In this document: piece by piece, positions 59,388 through 64,000 of the stretch | Layout: each line of letters starts with the position of its first letter | Numbering within the stretch: position 1 is the stretch's first letter | Assembly: GCF_009914755.1 (NCBI RefSeq) | Contig: NC_060928.1 | Source: the human T2T-CHM13v2.0 reference genome, Homo sapiens | DNA length: 64,000 nt | Strand: one strand, 5' to 3' | Notes under the pieces: generated by a model | Database searches by the model: none | What the model was told of the DNA's origin: nothing | What the model saw: the letters and a program-made list of their open reading frames with translations, nothing else | Made by a program: the position numbers and the translations under genes

Positions 59388-59789
59388 TGCTACAGTTTGC
59401 TTGTCTGTCCCTCCAAATTTCATGTTGAAATTTAATCCTCAATACTAGAAGTGGGGCCTAGTGAGAGGTGGGACAGACCTTTCACAAATGGCTTCGTGCT
59501 GTTCTCATGGAATGAGTCAGTTTTTGCTCTATTGGGTCCCACAAGAGCTGGTTGTTAAAAAGAGCCTAGCACCCCACCCCCCAGCCCACCTATTTCCTCC
59601 TTTCTGGCCATGTGATCTCTGCACATGCTGGCTTCCCTTCACCTTCTGCCATGAGTGGAAGCAGCCAGAGGCCTTCACCAGATGCCCAATCTTCCAGCCA
59701 GAAGAATGAGGAGCCAAATAACCCTTTTTCTTTATAAATTACCCAGCCTCATATATTCCTTTATTGCAATGCAAAAATGGACTAAGACA
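59388..59789 (+). mobile_element. MaLR solo LTR (MSTB-like)
   Basis: TGCTACAGTTTG...TCATGTTGAAATTTAATCC...CCATGAGTGGAAGCAGC...CTTTATAAATTACCCAGCCTCA...GGACTAAGACA. Confidence 0.93.
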
Positions 59790-60929
59790 TAGTGGAAGGT
59801 GAAAGAACTAATTGCTATCAGAGGCAGTATCTAGGGAAGGTGATAAGACTTTGAGATGACTACCTGGTACCCCTGGGGATATAGAAACTAGGCGTCCAAG
59901 TGCCCATGCTTCAAAAACTATGACAACAGAGCCTGTGATGTGGAAGGGGCCATTCATTCTGGAACAACAGAAGACTCAACAAGTGTGGACTAATGAACAA
60001 CGGCCAAGTGAACATCCCAGTACTGTGGTGCATGCCCATGGGATGAGGAAACACCCTAATGAGGACTGAGATAGAATTTCTACCTACAAAAGTGAGATGT
60101 GGTCCCAGAGATGGATTTAAGTCTAGTTACAGAAATCTTAAAAATGAAAATTCTCATATTTCTGAGTTTTTAGCAGTAATATTGTCAGGAGAGATGTAAT
60201 AAAAATAGGAAAAGATCATGGATGTCAGGCATGGCCAAGATTGTAATTGCCGTCCTTGTTAGAAAAAAAGGAAAAAGAACATGGGAAGGAAGAAGAGAAT
60301 GAAAAGAGGAGGAGGAAGCAAGGAGGAGAAGGAAGAGGAAGTACCAGTAGTTATCTCTGTATGCTGGCTGATATCTTCCTCAGCATCAATCTACGCACTC
60401 CAAAGGGAATAGAAGTGACCAAAAGTGGTGGGAAGTGAGGGTGTCCAGGAGATAAATTGTATGTCTTGAAACACAAACTGCAGGAGGCAGGCTGCTGAGC
60501 AACTATGTAAACTACCCATATCGTGGCGAGAAGTACAAATGCTGGGGACCAGAGGAACTACTGTCCAAATACAGTCATTTTATTCTTTGACTGCTTTATT
60601 AGATGTTATACTTTTTTAAAATTGTCGAATGTTAGCAGGCACCTGTCCTTAAAGATAGAATCAAGCTGGCAGGCCTGGCCACTTGTCCCTTCTGATTCTC
60701 AAAGGAAAAGCATCACTGATGGGTAGAAATCTGTCTTTCCCTAAAAAAAGAAGGGCAAAGTACAGTAGCATGGAAGGGAATGAGAATTATAACTGTTTTG
60801 GGAAGAATTTTATTTGTGCTGCAAAAACATTACAAAATCCACAGGTCGACCATGCTGTTCTGCCTGTTCCCCTCCACAGCTCTATCTAGCTCTTGCCCCT
60901 TGTTTGTCTTAATTTCAATTATGTTATTT

Positions 60930-61603
<674 letters not shown>

Positions 61604-61609
61604 TATATT

Positions 61610-62120
61610 TAAGCTTTTTTGAGGTATAATTTATATATAATAAATTCCACTTTTAGGTGGTTCATTTTGACGAATTTTGATAATTATATCAATTGTTTAA
61701 CCACCAATATAAGCTATAGAAAAATTCCTTCATCGGAAAAAGGTTTTTTGTGCCCCTTTGATCCCTGGTTCCTGTCCAGATCTTCCATGTAAGCATCAGG
61801 TAGAGGTGTAAGGAAAGAGTTGGCAGGAGAGTGCAGCCTTCTCCTATGGAAGCATACCACGCTAACACTCACTAGTAAGAATTCTATGGCAGCCATCTCT
61901 TCTCACTGCTGCGATAAATGTCCAACAGCTTGTTTCTGTCCTGCTGTCCTCAGAATGACCTGTCAACCTTGGGTCTTAGCTCACCAGGTGGCCTTGCAAC
62001 CTCAGCTCACTAATGGGCTGCAAACATCATGATTTTGCAGACTCTCTGGTTTGTTCTCATTGTTAGAGTGGAAGGGGTTTTCTCTTGTGGCCTTCTTCAT
62101 CTTAAGCGTAAGCCAAAGCT
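61610..62120 (-). mobile_element. Old L1 (L1MB/ME) 3'-end fragment adjoining an L1M5/L1ME 5'-end-like fragment
   Basis: GCTTTTTTGAGGTATAATTTATATATAATAAA is the 3' end. GCCTTGCAACCTCAGCTCACTAATGGG...TGATTTTGCAG...TTCTCATTGTTAGAGTGG resembles the 5' end. Confidence 0.55.
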
Positions 62121-62546
62121 TCTTTAGATGGATAATAGTGGATATCAAACACTTTGTTGTGTAAATTATCTTGGGTGGAACAGTTTTATTTTAAATAGTC
62201 TATATTTATATTTGCACAAAGTTATGTATTGTGCAGTGGCCTGAATCTCCAGTGAAAAATTTTAGATCTCAATTTTAAGATGTGCTGGGTTTTTCAAAAT
62301 TCTCCTAAGAGGTAAGCAGGTAAAAAGTAGGTAAAAATACTTATATCATGCACAACCCCTATAAAGCTTACATATTCCCAGATTCTAGTGGGAAATATAG
62401 GTTACCATATAGTGTCATACATTTTAGAAGAGAAGTAGTTTCAGAGAATTGTGAGAGAACAGAATATAAGTGTTTTGGTTAACCTCGGTATGCTGGGACT
62501 TCCGGGTTGATGCTTGGAAAAATAATTTCTTTCTAGTGCTCCATAT

Positions 62547-62769
62547 CAGGCGTCAGCAAACTTTTCTGAAAAAGAACAGACAATAAACATTTTAGGTTTT
62601 GCAAGTCATATAATCTTTGTTGCAACTAATCAGTTCCCTTGTTATAATAAGAAAGCAGCCATAAACAGTATGTGAATGAATGGGTGCACAGTGTTTCAAT
62701 AAAACTTTATTTACAAAAACAGGCAGTGGGCAGGATTTGGTGTACAGATCATAGCCTATAGACCTCCTC
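62547..62769. mobile_element. MER58A hAT-Charlie relic
   Basis: CAGGCGTCAGCAAACTTTTCTG...GAAAGCAGCCATA...TTTCAATAAAACTTTATTTACAAAAACAGGCAGTGGGCAGGATTTGG. Confidence 0.92.
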
Positions 62770-62994
62770 TCAATTGTGATCAATTACGTGTCCATCTAAA
62801 AACCATGTAATACGTAGTAAAGTTCAGAAATTGTCACGATGTGCAGTATATAGAGGTGAGTGACATAAGTATTCTGTCAAGAAACTCACAAACCAGAAGG
62901 CGAGAATGATGTGAAAATAAATAATTATAACAAAATGTATTAAGTGCTGTGAAGCATGTATACAACACAAAGCTAGGATAGAAATGAGTATGGA

Positions 62995-63640
<646 letters not shown>

Positions 63641-63645
<5 letters not shown>

Positions 63646-63900
63646 GAAAGAAATAGAGAGCGAGAAAGAGAGAGAGGAAGGAAAGAAGGAAGGAAGGGAG
63701 GGAGGGGAGAGAAAGAAAGATAGAGAAAGAAAGAAGGAAAGAAAAAGAAAGAGAGAAAGAAGAAAAGAAAGAAAGGAAGAAAGAAAGGAAGAAAGAAAGA
63801 AAGAAAGAAAGAAAAGAAAGAAAAAAAGAAGGAAAAGAAAGAAAGAAAAGGAAGGAAGGAAGAAGGGAAGGAAGCAAGGAAGGGGGAGAAATAAAGGAAG
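63641..63900. repeat. Polypurine (GAAA/GGAA)n low-complexity tract
   Basis: ~260 nt almost entirely G/A, derived from the Alu tail. Confidence 0.95.
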
Positions 63901-64000
63901 AATGTCTAAGTTACTTATAGGAGTAGAAAATATTTTGTTTGCCTACTGCTGGTCCCATGTAGCCACTCATCAACAGCAGAGTTCTAGAGATTTCAGACTT

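Overview
This window is AT-rich primate (human-like) nuclear DNA, either intergenic or deep intronic. I find no convincing protein-coding gene, RNA gene or CRISPR array, and no evidence of a new protein-encoded system. Roughly half is recognisable transposon relic: 13 Alus, L1s, L2/MIR, MaLR/ERVL/ERV1 LTRs, and hAT/Tigger DNA transposons. Family calls come from remembered consensus motifs, not an alignment, so subfamily labels are tentative. The most unusual part is a ~13 kb compound locus at 30921-44258. An old L1MB there is split by two very large AT-rich minisatellite arrays (~3.8 kb and ~1 kb) that flank a 440-bp inverted piece of the same L1. A younger L1PA with no TSD replaces the missing endonuclease region almost in register. 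Other notable items are an Alu with a templated fold-back insertion at its 5' junction, an AluJ with a twin-priming-type 5' inversion, an ERVL gag fragment inside an MLT2 LTR, two well-formed candidate minus-strand noncoding exons, and a recursive-splice-site-like motif.
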